This document shows, one piece after another, positions 1 to 8,420 of a DNA stretch of 41,411 nucleotides. The notes under the pieces are model-generated. The model worked only from the letters and a program-made list of their open reading frames with translations, did no database searches and had not been told where the DNA came from. The position numbers were made by a program, and so were the translations under genes. Source of the stretch: Acetivibrionales bacterium. GTDB lineage: Bacteria; Bacillota; Clostridia; Acetivibrionales; RGIG10202. Position 1 is the stretch's first letter; the number at the start of each line of letters is the position of its first letter. The DNA lies in assembly GCA_045118635.1 (NCBI GenBank), contig JBGUYI010000052.1, forward strand, positions 1 to 41,411, in the 5' to 3' direction.

Positions 1-564
1 ATATTGGATGAACAAAGATTAGCAGCAGGAAAAAAAGAAGCACAAAAAGCAAAAGAACGATTAGATGAAATATTGGATGAACAAAGACGAAAAGAAGAAA
101 ATGCAAAGTGGTTGTTTAGTAATTTGCCATCGGATGAAGTAGTAGATGAAATGAACAGGGTAAATATGGCGAAAAAAGCAGCAAAAGAAGCAGCAAGATT
201 GGCACGTAATAAGTTAGCATACAAAAATTCTTTTGATGAAATAGATATTCAAGAAGCAGAATCATATATGGAAGAAGTATTTGAAAAAATAAATAATGTA
301 CTAGATAGAAGAGGTGAAGGAAAAGTTAGTAATAAAAAAACAGTAGAGTCAATAGAAGATATAGTAGAAGAGACATCGTCAAAAATTAAGGATAAAGACA
401 AAAGTTTATATGAAAAGATAAAGGAGATATTTGACAAATTTTTAGAATTTATAAAAAAGATATTTAATATGGACAAAGAAAAAATGCCAAAAGAAGAAAT
501 AAAAAAAGCTAACGAAATGCCTGATAAATCCAATGAACATAATATAAGATTAGAAAAGAAATAA
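1..564 (+). CDS. Lys/Glu-rich coiled-coil protein, C-terminal part (5' end outside the window)
   Basis: The ORF is open to the window edge in the frame of 4..564. It encodes a low-complexity K/E-rich sequence. The 18-nt string atattggatgaacaaaga occurs twice (1-18, 69-86). A hairpin with a T-run follows. Confidence 0.55.
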   Translation: MLDEQRLAAGKKEAQKAKERLDEILDEQRRKEENAKWLFSNLPSDEVVDEMNRVNMAKKAAKEAARLARNKLAYKNSFDEIDIQEAESYMEEVFEKINNVLDRRGEGKVSNKKTVESIEDIVEETSSKIKDKDKSLYEKIKEIFDKFLEFIKKIFNMDKEKMPKEEIKKANEMPDKSNEHNIRLEKK

Positions 565-589
565 GAGAGGATACAGAACCTCTCATTTT
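565..589 (+). terminator. Rho-independent terminator
   Basis: GAGAGG (565-570) pairs with CCTCTC (579-584) and is followed by ATTTT. Confidence 0.6.
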
Positions 590-620
590 CCCGTCATAAA
601 AAAATCAACAAAAAGTTTCC

Positions 621-649
621 TTGACAAAGAGTTTTTTACTAAGTATACT
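621..649 (+). promoter_or_regulatory. Sigma-A type promoter for tRNA-Arg
   Basis: TTGACA (621-626), 17-nt spacer, TATACT (644-649). It lies about 29 nt upstream of the tRNA 5' end. Confidence 0.7.
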
Positions 650-677
650 TTTGAATGTGGAGTGTTGTAAGGGGTGT

Positions 678-754
<77 letters not shown>

Positions 755-756
755 AA

Positions 757-921
757 AAGATATTTTAACATGTTAATAAAATATGTTAAAATATTTTTTT
801 TTGCCGATAAAGTATAGGAAAGCGACATGCTCTCACCACTTATAGAAGTGGGAATTTCTCTAGCTCATAGCACCAACGTGCTAAGATTGAACGAGGCTTA
901 TCCCACAAATTCCACGATTCT
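757..921 (-). ncRNA. Candidate small RNA convergent with tRNA-Arg (family unknown, boundaries approximate)
   Basis: This ORF-free stretch is GC-richer than its surroundings. The minus strand has an extended -10 TGATAAAAT (complement of 928-936). Hairpins are at 836-841/846-851 (CCACTT/AAGTGG) and 868-873/878-883 (TAGCAC/GTGCTA). A long-range helix pairs 848-857 with 907-915. The stretch runs into the bidirectional terminator at 759-802. Confidence 0.25.
759..802. terminator. Bidirectional rho-independent terminator
   Basis: GATATTTTAACAT (759-771) pairs with ATGTTAAAATAT (783-794). A T-run follows at 795-802 on the + strand and an A-run (754-758) precedes it, so it can terminate either strand. 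Confidence 0.7.
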
Positions 922-1171
922 ACTAATATTTTATCACATTAGCAAAAAAGGTTAAGGCATAATATCGTCAATATAATCACATCACCGCTACAGTTGAATG
1001 TAGTCTTGCCAAGTTTTACACATTATCCACAATATATAATTAACAGGAATATTTTGCTTGTGGAAAAAATATGTGTTAAAATTTTTATGTGAATAAAAAA
1101 ATTTTTTTTGGACAAAATAATATATTAAGAGTTTTTTGACAGTTTATACACAACCAAGATATAGTAATAAT

Positions 1172-1207
1172 AAGTTATGCACAAAGTTATACACATTATC
1201 CACAAAA
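1172..1207 (+). repeat. 36-bp direct repeat carrying three abutting DnaA boxes (copy 1)
   Basis: aagttatgcacaaagttatacacattatccacaaaa, identical to 1309-1344. Confidence 0.9.
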
Positions 1208-1308
1208 AATGATAATAACAATTAAAAAAATATATGTAAAAAATTGGTAGATAATAATTTAAATATAACAAATATGTGAATATTTATGAAAAAATAAGGG
1301 GTTTTGCA

Positions 1309-1344
1309 AAGTTATGCACAAAGTTATACACATTATCCACAAAA
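1309..1344 (+). repeat. 36-bp direct repeat carrying three abutting DnaA boxes (copy 2)
   Basis: Identical to 1172-1207. A shorter version (aagttttacacattatccacaa) lies at 1011-1032. Confidence 0.9.
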
Positions 1345-1387
1345 GTAATTTAAATATTTGTGGAAAAAAAATAAGGAGTGATTTATA

Positions 1388-2287
1388 ATGTGCGTTAATA
1401 AAGCTGTTATACCCGCGGCTGGATTAGGAACACGTTTTTTACCAGCGACTAAAGCACAACCAAAAGAAATGTTACCTATTGTTGACAAGCCTACAATACA
1501 GTATATTGTAGAGGAAGCAGTAGAGTCAGGTATTAAAGATATACTTATTGTTAATGGAAAAGGGAAAAATTCTATAGAAGATCACTTTGATAAGTCTTTA
1601 GAATTAGAAATACAATTAATGAAAAAAGGTGAAAATAAATTATTAGAGTTAGTAAGAAAAATAACAGATGATGTTAATATTCATTACATAAGACAAAAGG
1701 AAGCAAAAGGCTTAGCTAACGCAATAAGTTTAGCCAAATCTTTTGTCGGAGATGAACCATTTGCAGTATTATTAGGTGATATGATGACTTGTGGAGATGA
1801 ACCTTTTTTAAAACGGTTAATAGATATGTTTAACAAGTATGAGTGTCCAATTATTGGAGCAGGGAGAGTGAAAATAGAAGAAGTTAGCAATTATGGGATT
1901 ATAGATGTGGATAAAATTGAAAATGGGTTTTTGAAAATTAACAATCTGGTAGAAAAACCGTCAAAAGAGGTTGCACCATCTAATATAGCTATTTTAGGTA
2001 GATATATTTTAACGCCAGATATATTCGATATGATAAAAAAATTGGATATTGGCAAAAATGGTGAATATCAATTAACAGATGCACTTAGAATGTTAATTAA
2101 ACAAAAGCCAATGTATGCTTGTGAATTTTTAGGAAAAGTATATGACATAGGGAGTAAGATTGGATTTTTAAAAGCTAATATAGATTTTGCATTAAAAAGG
2201 CCAGAACTAAAAGAAAGTTTGTTAAAATATTTAGAAGAGGTTCTTCAAAAAGAGGAAATAAAAGATAAAGAACATATATTTTTTTAA
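1388..2287 (+). CDS. galU: UTP--glucose-1-phosphate uridylyltransferase
   Basis: The N-terminal motif AVIPAAGLGTRFLPATKAQPKEMLPIVDKP is typical of GalU/GtaB. AAGGAG lies 9 nt upstream of the ATG. Confidence 0.9.
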   Translation: MCVNKAVIPAAGLGTRFLPATKAQPKEMLPIVDKPTIQYIVEEAVESGIKDILIVNGKGKNSIEDHFDKSLELEIQLMKKGENKLLELVRKITDDVNIHYIRQKEAKGLANAISLAKSFVGDEPFAVLLGDMMTCGDEPFLKRLIDMFNKYECPIIGAGRVKIEEVSNYGIIDVDKIENGFLKINNLVEKPSKEVAPSNIAILGRYILTPDIFDMIKKLDIGKNGEYQLTDALRMLIKQKPMYACEFLGKVYDIGSKIGFLKANIDFALKRPELKESLLKYLEEVLQKEEIKDKEHIFF

Positions 2288-2295
2288 AATATTAA

Positions 2296-2324
2296 AAAAG
2301 AGTCGAATTTAGGCTCTTTTTTTT
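2296..2324 (+). terminator. Rho-independent terminator after galU
   Basis: GAGTC (2300-2304) pairs with GGCTC (2312-2316), including one U-G pair. It is extended by A/T pairs and followed by a T-run. Confidence 0.6.
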
Positions 2325-2346
2325 GTGAATTATTTTAAAAAAAAAG

Positions 2347-2375
2347 TTGATAAAAAAATAATAACTTTTTATAAT
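2347..2375 (+). promoter_or_regulatory. Sigma-A type promoter of the ABC-2 transporter operon
   Basis: TTGATA (2347-2352), 17-nt spacer, TATAAT (2370-2375). Confidence 0.65.
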
Positions 2376-2433
2376 ATTATTAAGGGATTTTTTAACTTTT
2401 GATGAAAAAATTACTTAGAAAGGGAAAAGATAT

Positions 2434-3534
2434 ATGATAACAATAAAGAATCTTACCAAAAGATATGGGAGTATTTATGCTATCCGTGATTTAACATTTG
2501 ACGTTCAAAAAGGTGAAATCATAGGATTTTTAGGGCCTAATGGTGCCGGAAAATCAACAACTATGAATATTTTAACAGGTTATATGCCATCAACTAGTGG
2601 AGATGTAGAAATAGATGGTTATAACATAATGGAAAATCCAATGGAAGTGAAAAAGAGAATTGGATATTTACCAGAAATTCCACCACTATATTTGGATATG
2701 AGAGTTATGGAATATTTAAATTTTGTTGCTGATTTGAAAAAGGTTAAGAAAAAAGATAGGAAAAATCAGTTGGAGTCTATAATAGAAAAGTTAAAAATTG
2801 AAGAGGTAAGAAATAGGAAGATACAAAATTTATCAAAAGGGTACAAACAAAGAGTAGGACTTGCACAAGCTTTGATTGGGAATCCAGAAGTTTTAATATT
2901 AGATGAACCTACAGTTGGATTAGACCCTAAGCAAATTATAGAAATAAGGGAACTTATAAAAAATTTGGGCAAAGATCACACAGTAATTTTGAGTTCTCAT
3001 ATACTATCAGAAGTGAGTGCCATTTGTAGCAGAGTAATTATAATAAACAAAGGTGAGATTTTAGCTGTTGATACACCTGATAATTTAGCAAATAGATTAG
3101 ATAGCAAAAAGAGATTACAAATTAAGATAGAAGCAACACAAAAAGCAAGTATGGATATCATAAAAGGCACACAAGGGGTTTATAAAACAGAAGTTTTAGA
3201 AGAAAATGATGGATGTACAACATATAAGTTAGAATGTGCACCAGATGTAGATGTAGAAAAGAATTTATTTTTTAAGTTAGCGGATGAAAAGATTCCTATA
3301 AAGGAAATAAAGAATTTGAGTAATTCGTTGGAAGAAATATTCTTAGAAATAATAGATACAAATAAGAAATTAGTAGAAGAAGAGAAACAATTAGAAGATG
3401 AAGAAGGACAAGTAGAAGAAGTAGAACAAAGAGAAGAACTAGAAGATGAAATAAAAGAAAGTGAAGAAGAGTCAGTTGATGAAAATAACGATAGTGCTGA
3501 CGATAAGGAGGATAAAAATGATACGAATATTTAA
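2434..3534 (+). CDS. ABC transporter ATP-binding protein (ABC-2/GldA-like) with acidic C-terminal tail
   Basis: Walker A GPNGAGKST, signature LSKGYKQR, Walker B LILDEP. The last 60 or so residues are an E/D-rich low-complexity tail. Confidence 0.9.
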   Translation: MITIKNLTKRYGSIYAIRDLTFDVQKGEIIGFLGPNGAGKSTTMNILTGYMPSTSGDVEIDGYNIMENPMEVKKRIGYLPEIPPLYLDMRVMEYLNFVADLKKVKKKDRKNQLESIIEKLKIEEVRNRKIQNLSKGYKQRVGLAQALIGNPEVLILDEPTVGLDPKQIIEIRELIKNLGKDHTVILSSHILSEVSAICSRVIIINKGEILAVDTPDNLANRLDSKKRLQIKIEATQKASMDIIKGTQGVYKTEVLEENDGCTTYKLECAPDVDVEKNLFFKLADEKIPIKEIKNLSNSLEEIFLEIIDTNKKLVEEEKQLEDEEGQVEEVEQREELEDEIKESEEESVDENNDSADDKEDKNDTNI

Positions 3535-4222
3535 AAAAGAATTAAAAGCGTATTTATTGAATCCATTAGGATATATATTTTTGACAATATTTTTTACAAT
3601 AACAGCGTTATTATTTGTAGCAGCAAATGTAAAAGAAAGTACTACTCTTTTTGAAGCAGTTATAGTGAACTTGCGTACTGCTTTGATGATATTTATTCCG
3701 GCTATAGTTATGAAATTGTTAGTTGAAGAAAGAAGAAATAAAACAGAGCAATTGTTATTTACTTCACCAATAACAATTAGAGATATAGTTATAGGGAAAT
3801 TTTTAGCCGCAACAGCTATGTTAGTTATAACTTTGATTATAACAATGATTTATCCGATTATGTTGTCATTTGTTACAAAAATATATATACCATCTTTGGT
3901 TACAAGTTATTTAGGTTTTTTGTTATTAGGCATGGCACTTATTGCTGTTTGTTTGTTTCTTTCATCATTTACAGAAAGCCCAATAATTTCATTTTTAGAG
4001 GGTGTTGGTGGTATATTCTTTCTTTGGATTGGAGAAAGAGTTGTAGGTGGAGTTAAGAACAAATATGTAGCACAGTTTATTGATTCATTTTGTGTGATGG
4101 GAAAACTTTTTAATTTTACAAAAGGTTATCTAGATATAACTGTAGTTTTTTATTATATAACTATCATAGTTATGTTTGTATTTTTAACTATTAGACAGAT
4201 TGAAAAAAGAAGGATAGGCTAA
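3518..4222 (+). CDS. ABC-2 family transporter permease
   Basis: Multi-pass hydrophobic protein. I chose the ATG at 3518 (MIRIFKKELK) because AAGGAGG lies 7 nt upstream. It overlaps the ATPase stop, suggesting translational coupling. Confidence 0.8.
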   Translation: MIRIFKKELKAYLLNPLGYIFLTIFFTITALLFVAANVKESTTLFEAVIVNLRTALMIFIPAIVMKLLVEERRNKTEQLLFTSPITIRDIVIGKFLAATAMLVITLIITMIYPIMLSFVTKIYIPSLVTSYLGFLLLGMALIAVCLFLSSFTESPIISFLEGVGGIFFLWIGERVVGGVKNKYVAQFIDSFCVMGKLFNFTKGYLDITVVFYYITIIVMFVFLTIRQIEKRRIG

Positions 4223-4242
4223 ATAAGGAGAGTGACAAAAAA

Positions 4243-5676
4243 ATGAAGAATAAACGTTTCGTATATAGAATGTCTAACTTAGTAATTACTTTGTCTATAG
4301 TAATAGTTTTGGTGTTACTAAATGTATTTGTAAGAGATGCTAATTGGAAAATTGATTTTACACAGTCTAAGCAATTTACATTGACAAAAGAGACAAAAGA
4401 TTACATAAAGACCATAGATAGAGAAATTAAATTGATAGTACTAGATACTAAAGCGCAATCTCAGATGCTTAATTATTTTAGACCTAATATAGAAAGAGTA
4501 AAAAAGATTGCAAAATTATATGATAAAGTAAATCCTAAAATAAAAGTGGAAATTATAGATGCAGATAAAGATCCACGTATTATAAGAAAATATATGGAGA
4601 AGGATAGAACTATATATTATGGAAGTGTTATTGTTGATGACGGCAAGAATTGGGAAATCATAAATGTAAATTCAATGTTTTATAAAAAAGATCAGGATAG
4701 TGATGAAATAGTAAAAGTTGAAAGTAAGATTACAAATATTATAAATAAAGTATATTTAGGTAAGATGAGCACTATTTATGTATTAGGAGGACATGGGGAA
4801 ATTACAGGGAATGCAAATTTTACCACTGTAGTAAAAGCATATTTAAATGATATTACCTATGATGTAAAAGAAATAAATCTAATGGCAGAAGGCATACCAG
4901 ATGATGCCGTATCTGTAGCTATAATGGATCCTGAAAAGGATATTAACGAGAAAGAGAAAAAAGAGATACAAGAATATTTAAAAAAAGGTGGAAGTTTGAT
5001 ACTTATGCTTTCTCCAAGCGTAATTGACAGAGAACCATATAACAATATACGAGAGATTGTAAAAGAATATAATCTTTCATTAGATGATAATATTGTTTGT
5101 GAAGGCAAAGGTAATTATAAAGATGCTCCACCTTGCATATTTACAAAAGTGGCGAAAAGTGAGTTAACAGAAAATATATATAATAATGGAATGTATGTAT
5201 ATATGGCAGGGGCTAGAAGTATTAGTGTTATAGATGAAGAAAATAAGGATGTTAGTATAGTACCTATATTAAGGACGTCAGATGAGTCGTGGGGAGACGT
5301 TGATTTTGATAATGTTATGAATCCAGTAAAAGACGAAACTGACAAAAAAGGTCCTTTGAATGTGGCAGTAATAGCAGCAAAGAAAGAAGAAGGAGAAGAT
5401 AGTTATAGTAAGGTTATGATATATGGTAACTCTAATTTTATGCTTTCAGGTGAAGATGGGGACATGTCATTAGGTGGATTAAAGCTTTTTACAGAATCAA
5501 TGAAATGGCTTGCAAAAGAAGAAGCAGAAATAGTGAATGTACAGCCAAGAATAGTTAAACCTATATTATATAAGACAAGTGAAGAAAATAGTAAAAGGCT
5601 AAAGATAGCAGCCTTTGCAGTTCCAGCATTGTGTGCGGTGGCTAGTGTTTTTGTGTTCGTAAAAAGAAAAGACTAG
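4243..5676 (+). CDS. GldG-like ABC-transporter auxiliary protein
   Basis: N- and C-terminal membrane anchors flank a large extracytoplasmic domain. Its position directly after an ABC-2 ATPase/permease pair matches the GldA/F/G-type architecture. Confidence 0.6.
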   Translation: MKNKRFVYRMSNLVITLSIVIVLVLLNVFVRDANWKIDFTQSKQFTLTKETKDYIKTIDREIKLIVLDTKAQSQMLNYFRPNIERVKKIAKLYDKVNPKIKVEIIDADKDPRIIRKYMEKDRTIYYGSVIVDDGKNWEIINVNSMFYKKDQDSDEIVKVESKITNIINKVYLGKMSTIYVLGGHGEITGNANFTTVVKAYLNDITYDVKEINLMAEGIPDDAVSVAIMDPEKDINEKEKKEIQEYLKKGGSLILMLSPSVIDREPYNNIREIVKEYNLSLDDNIVCEGKGNYKDAPPCIFTKVAKSELTENIYNNGMYVYMAGARSISVIDEENKDVSIVPILRTSDESWGDVDFDNVMNPVKDETDKKGPLNVAVIAAKKEEGEDSYSKVMIYGNSNFMLSGEDGDMSLGGLKLFTESMKWLAKEEAEIVNVQPRIVKPILYKTSEENSKRLKIAAFAVPALCAVASVFVFVKRKD

Positions 5677-5760
5677 AATTAGTATACGAGTGAAATTAAT
5701 TTAATGAGGAGGAAAAAATCACTTTCTTTTGTAGTTTAGAGTAAGTGACTATTAGGAGAC

Positions 5761-6375
5761 ATGGCAAAAATAAAAAATAAAATGTTAAGACAAGCGATAA
5801 TAGCATTTGTTGTATTAATTGTTGTGATAGGTGATTTAATATATTATAAAATGAAGGATCCAAATAAGGTAGAGGATCCAAACAATGTTCCAACAGGGGA
5901 AGTTTCATTAATTAATATGGATCCATCAGCTATTGAAACAGTTGAGATGGAAGATAATACTAATGATGATATAAAGATATTTATGAAATTAAGGAATACA
6001 GAAGAAGGACTTAAAGTAGAAGAGAGAAGGGCAACATATAAAACAGAAAATCATGATAAAGATTTAGATGATCTTAAACCTTTATCAGAGAATGAAATAA
6101 AACTTATTGAAATTTCATTAACAGAGTTAAAGGCCCTTAGTGTGATTGATGAAAATGCTACAGATGTTGAACAATATGGTATGAACGATCCTATGTGCTT
6201 AATTAAGATTACATTAAAAGACGGAACTGTAAATGAGTTAAGAGTAGGGGACAAGATTCCAACATCAACGGCAGCATATTATTTTATGATGAATAATAAT
6301 AAAAAGATTTATGTAATTTCTGAGTTTGATGTGAAGAATTTCTTTAATCCAAGTGATAATATTATTGACATTTAA
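5761..6375 (+). CDS. Membrane-anchored protein, DUF4340-like (usual partner of GldG-like genes)
   Basis: An N-terminal TM helix is followed by a soluble domain, in the same operon. The SD-to-ATG spacing is unusually short, so the start is uncertain (alternative ATG at 5782). Confidence 0.45.
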   Translation: MAKIKNKMLRQAIIAFVVLIVVIGDLIYYKMKDPNKVEDPNNVPTGEVSLINMDPSAIETVEMEDNTNDDIKIFMKLRNTEEGLKVEERRATYKTENHDKDLDDLKPLSENEIKLIEISLTELKALSVIDENATDVEQYGMNDPMCLIKITLKDGTVNELRVGDKIPTSTAAYYFMMNNNKKIYVISEFDVKNFFNPSDNIIDI

Positions 6376-6378
6376 ATA

Positions 6379-6403
6379 GCCGATTCAGCTTTTTTGAATC
6401 GGC
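6379..6403 (+). terminator. Hairpin after the transporter operon (possible terminator)
   Basis: A perfect 9-bp stem: GCCGATTCA (6379-6387) pairs with TGAATCGGC (6395-6403). The loop is T-rich but no trailing T-run follows. Confidence 0.45.
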
Positions 6404-6533
6404 ATAATTAATATTTTAGAAATAATGGATAGAGATAGACCATTTGTTACAAAATAAGGGAATTTGACGAATTTTTCTTTGGGTGATAAACTTTAACTAA
6501 AGGAGAAAAATAAAATCAAATTAGGAGATAACA

Positions 6534-7739
6534 ATGGGTAAAAAAATAAAATTAAAAGATATAAAAAAGAAGAAACAAAAAGAAAATAAAATAAAAATAA
6601 TAAATACAGTGATTTTTGTGCTTCTTTTATCTAGCGTGATTTTTCTTTCTTTGATATCATATGTGAAGACAAAAAATATAAATATTTTAAAAGAGTATAA
6701 ATTTTTAGAAAAGTATATAGTGAATTTATTTGAAAAAGATGAGGATAAAATTTATTTAGAATTAAATTTTGATTTATCGCAAAAACCCAAGATAAGTGTA
6801 TATAACGGAAATATTGCTCAGTGTTCAAAAGATGTGCTAAAAATTTATAACAGATACGGTAAATTACAAAACAGTTTTAATGTTAATTTCACCAGTACTC
6901 CTATACTAAGTTCAGAAGGCAGGTATTTAGTTGTTTCTAGCATAGATGGAAATAGGTTTTTATTATTTGATGGAGTAAATAAAAAGTGGGAGAGAAAGTT
7001 AGAAGGTAATATAATAAACATTTCAGTAAATAAAAATGGATTTGTTACGGTAGTACATAAGGCAGAAGATATATTATCAAAGGTTGTGGTTTATAACTCA
7101 AAAGGTGAGGAGTATTTTGTTAAGGGAAAAGCACAAAATTATATAGTGAGTGCAAAGATGGCAAAAGATGATAGGCAGTTAATATTAAATTGTATGGATG
7201 CATCAGGAGTTAGGCTAAATTCTATATTTGAATTTATAGATGTAAAAGGAAAGAGTGTCCAAACTGTGTCGTCTTACGAAGATAAAATATTTATGGATGG
7301 AAAGTTTATAAAAGATAATAATTTTGTAACATTGACAGATAAGGAGATTATGTATTACAATTCAAACCACAATATATTATGGGAGAAGAGTTTGAACAGG
7401 AAAGTATATTGTTTTGATGTGTGTGATGATAGATATATAGTTTTGGGAATGGCGAGTGATAAGATTCAAGATGGTCTTTTTAGTGATAAAACGGAATTAA
7501 AAATTTTTAATACAAAAGGGAATGAAGTAAAAACTTTAAAAATAGATAATATAATAAAAGGAATTTCAGTATATGGTGATGTAATAGCACTAAATTTAGG
7601 TAAAGAAATTGCACTTTATACATGTAAAGGAAAACATATAAAGAGTTTGACATCTAAGTTAGAGGTGGAAAAGGCAGAACTTGTTAATAAAAGTACAGTT
7701 GTGTTACTTACAAAAAATGGTTTGATTGTTAAAAATTAA
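6534..7739 (+). CDS. Membrane-anchored hypothetical protein (Lys-rich N-terminus, one TM, beta-rich ectodomain)
   Basis: 401-aa ORF with an AGGAGA RBS. Codon and amino-acid usage match the neighbouring genes. I recognised no catalytic motif. Confidence 0.6.
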   Translation: MGKKIKLKDIKKKKQKENKIKIINTVIFVLLLSSVIFLSLISYVKTKNINILKEYKFLEKYIVNLFEKDEDKIYLELNFDLSQKPKISVYNGNIAQCSKDVLKIYNRYGKLQNSFNVNFTSTPILSSEGRYLVVSSIDGNRFLLFDGVNKKWERKLEGNIINISVNKNGFVTVVHKAEDILSKVVVYNSKGEEYFVKGKAQNYIVSAKMAKDDRQLILNCMDASGVRLNSIFEFIDVKGKSVQTVSSYEDKIFMDGKFIKDNNFVTLTDKEIMYYNSNHNILWEKSLNRKVYCFDVCDDRYIVLGMASDKIQDGLFSDKTELKIFNTKGNEVKTLKIDNIIKGISVYGDVIALNLGKEIALYTCKGKHIKSLTSKLEVEKAELVNKSTVVLLTKNGLIVKN

Positions 7740-7754
7740 ATGGAGGAAGTAAAA

Positions 7755-8420
7755 ATGTTTATTGATGTATTAATGGTGGCATTAATTATAGGTTCGTTAA
7801 TAATAGGATATAAAATGGGATTTATAAAATGTATGTTTAGGTTTTTTTCGGGTGTATTGTCATTTTTGTTTGCAATAGAGTTTTATAAACCCTTTTCTAG
7901 ATTTATGTTAAATACTAATTTGTTTTATAGTATAAAGGGTAAGATACAGTCTAATGTATTGGATATATTAGGAAATTTGGTTATAAAATCAAAAGATGAG
8001 TTAGGAAAAGTTGTTTTAGATAGAATGTTTATTCCTAATCCTATAAAAGAATCAATAGTAGATGATGTGCAAAAAAGCATTAGTATATCAGATAATTCAA
8101 GAATTGCAGAATTGGTAGGAGATAAAGTAGGAACGGTTATAATCCAGTTAATAAGTATTATACTTATATTTGTATTGGTTAGAATTTTGTTTTTTATTTT
8201 AAGACTTGTGTTAGAGAGGGTAGTTAGTTTACCAATATTAAAACAAATAAATAAAGTTGCTGGGTTAGTTATAGGTTTAATTGAAGGGGTGTTTTTGGTT
8301 TACATAGTGCTTAGTATAATATTTATCATTGATAATAAAGCCATAATAGAAAGCATAAATAATTCTGTTATTGCAAAGTATCTTTATTATAATAATGTAA
8401 TATTAGATATACTTTATTAA
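7755..8420 (+). CDS. cvpA: CvpA family membrane protein
   Basis: The N-terminal pattern MFIDVLMVALIIGSLIIGYKMGFIK and the 4-TM layout are CvpA-like. GGAGG precedes the ATG at 7755. The ORF is open from 7740. Confidence 0.6.
   Translation: MFIDVLMVALIIGSLIIGYKMGFIKCMFRFFSGVLSFLFAIEFYKPFSRFMLNTNLFYSIKGKIQSNVLDILGNLVIKSKDELGKVVLDRMFIPNPIKESIVDDVQKSISISDNSRIAELVGDKVGTVIIQLISIILIFVLVRILFFILRLVLERVVSLPILKQINKVAGLVIGLIEGVFLVYIVLSIIFIIDNKAIIESINNSVIAKYLYYNNVILDILY

Larger units (their letters stand above)
1014..1367. promoter_or_regulatory. DnaA-box cluster (oriC-like or DnaA-titrating/regulatory region) upstream of galU
   Basis: Perfect TTATCCACA at 1023-1031, 1196-1204 and 1333-1341. TTATGCACA at 1175-1183 and 1312-1320. 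TTATACACA at 1144-1152, 1187-1195 and 1324-1332. TTTTACACA at 1014-1022. Inverted boxes are TGTGAATAA at 1088-1096, TGTGGAAAA at 1059-1067 and 1359-1367, and TGTGAATAT at 1275-1283. Very AT-rich spacers separate them. Confidence 0.75.

Noticed and set aside
1011-1370. Calling the DnaA-box cluster the chromosomal origin (oriC).
   Set aside because: There is no dnaA, dnaN or rpmH nearby. Genes on both sides (coiled-coil ORF, tRNA, galU and beyond) are on the same strand, so there is no leading-strand switch. I report it as a DnaA-box cluster of undetermined role rather than as oriC.
3461-3517. Upstream extensions of several ORF-track entries: 3461, 7740, 10475, 12416, 20236, 20726, 24959, 26063, 32726, 34056, 35220, 35884 and 17981.
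   Set aside because: In each case an internal ATG preceded by a good Shine-Dalgarno gives the canonical N-terminus of the family. The upstream extension overlaps the preceding gene or lacks an RBS.
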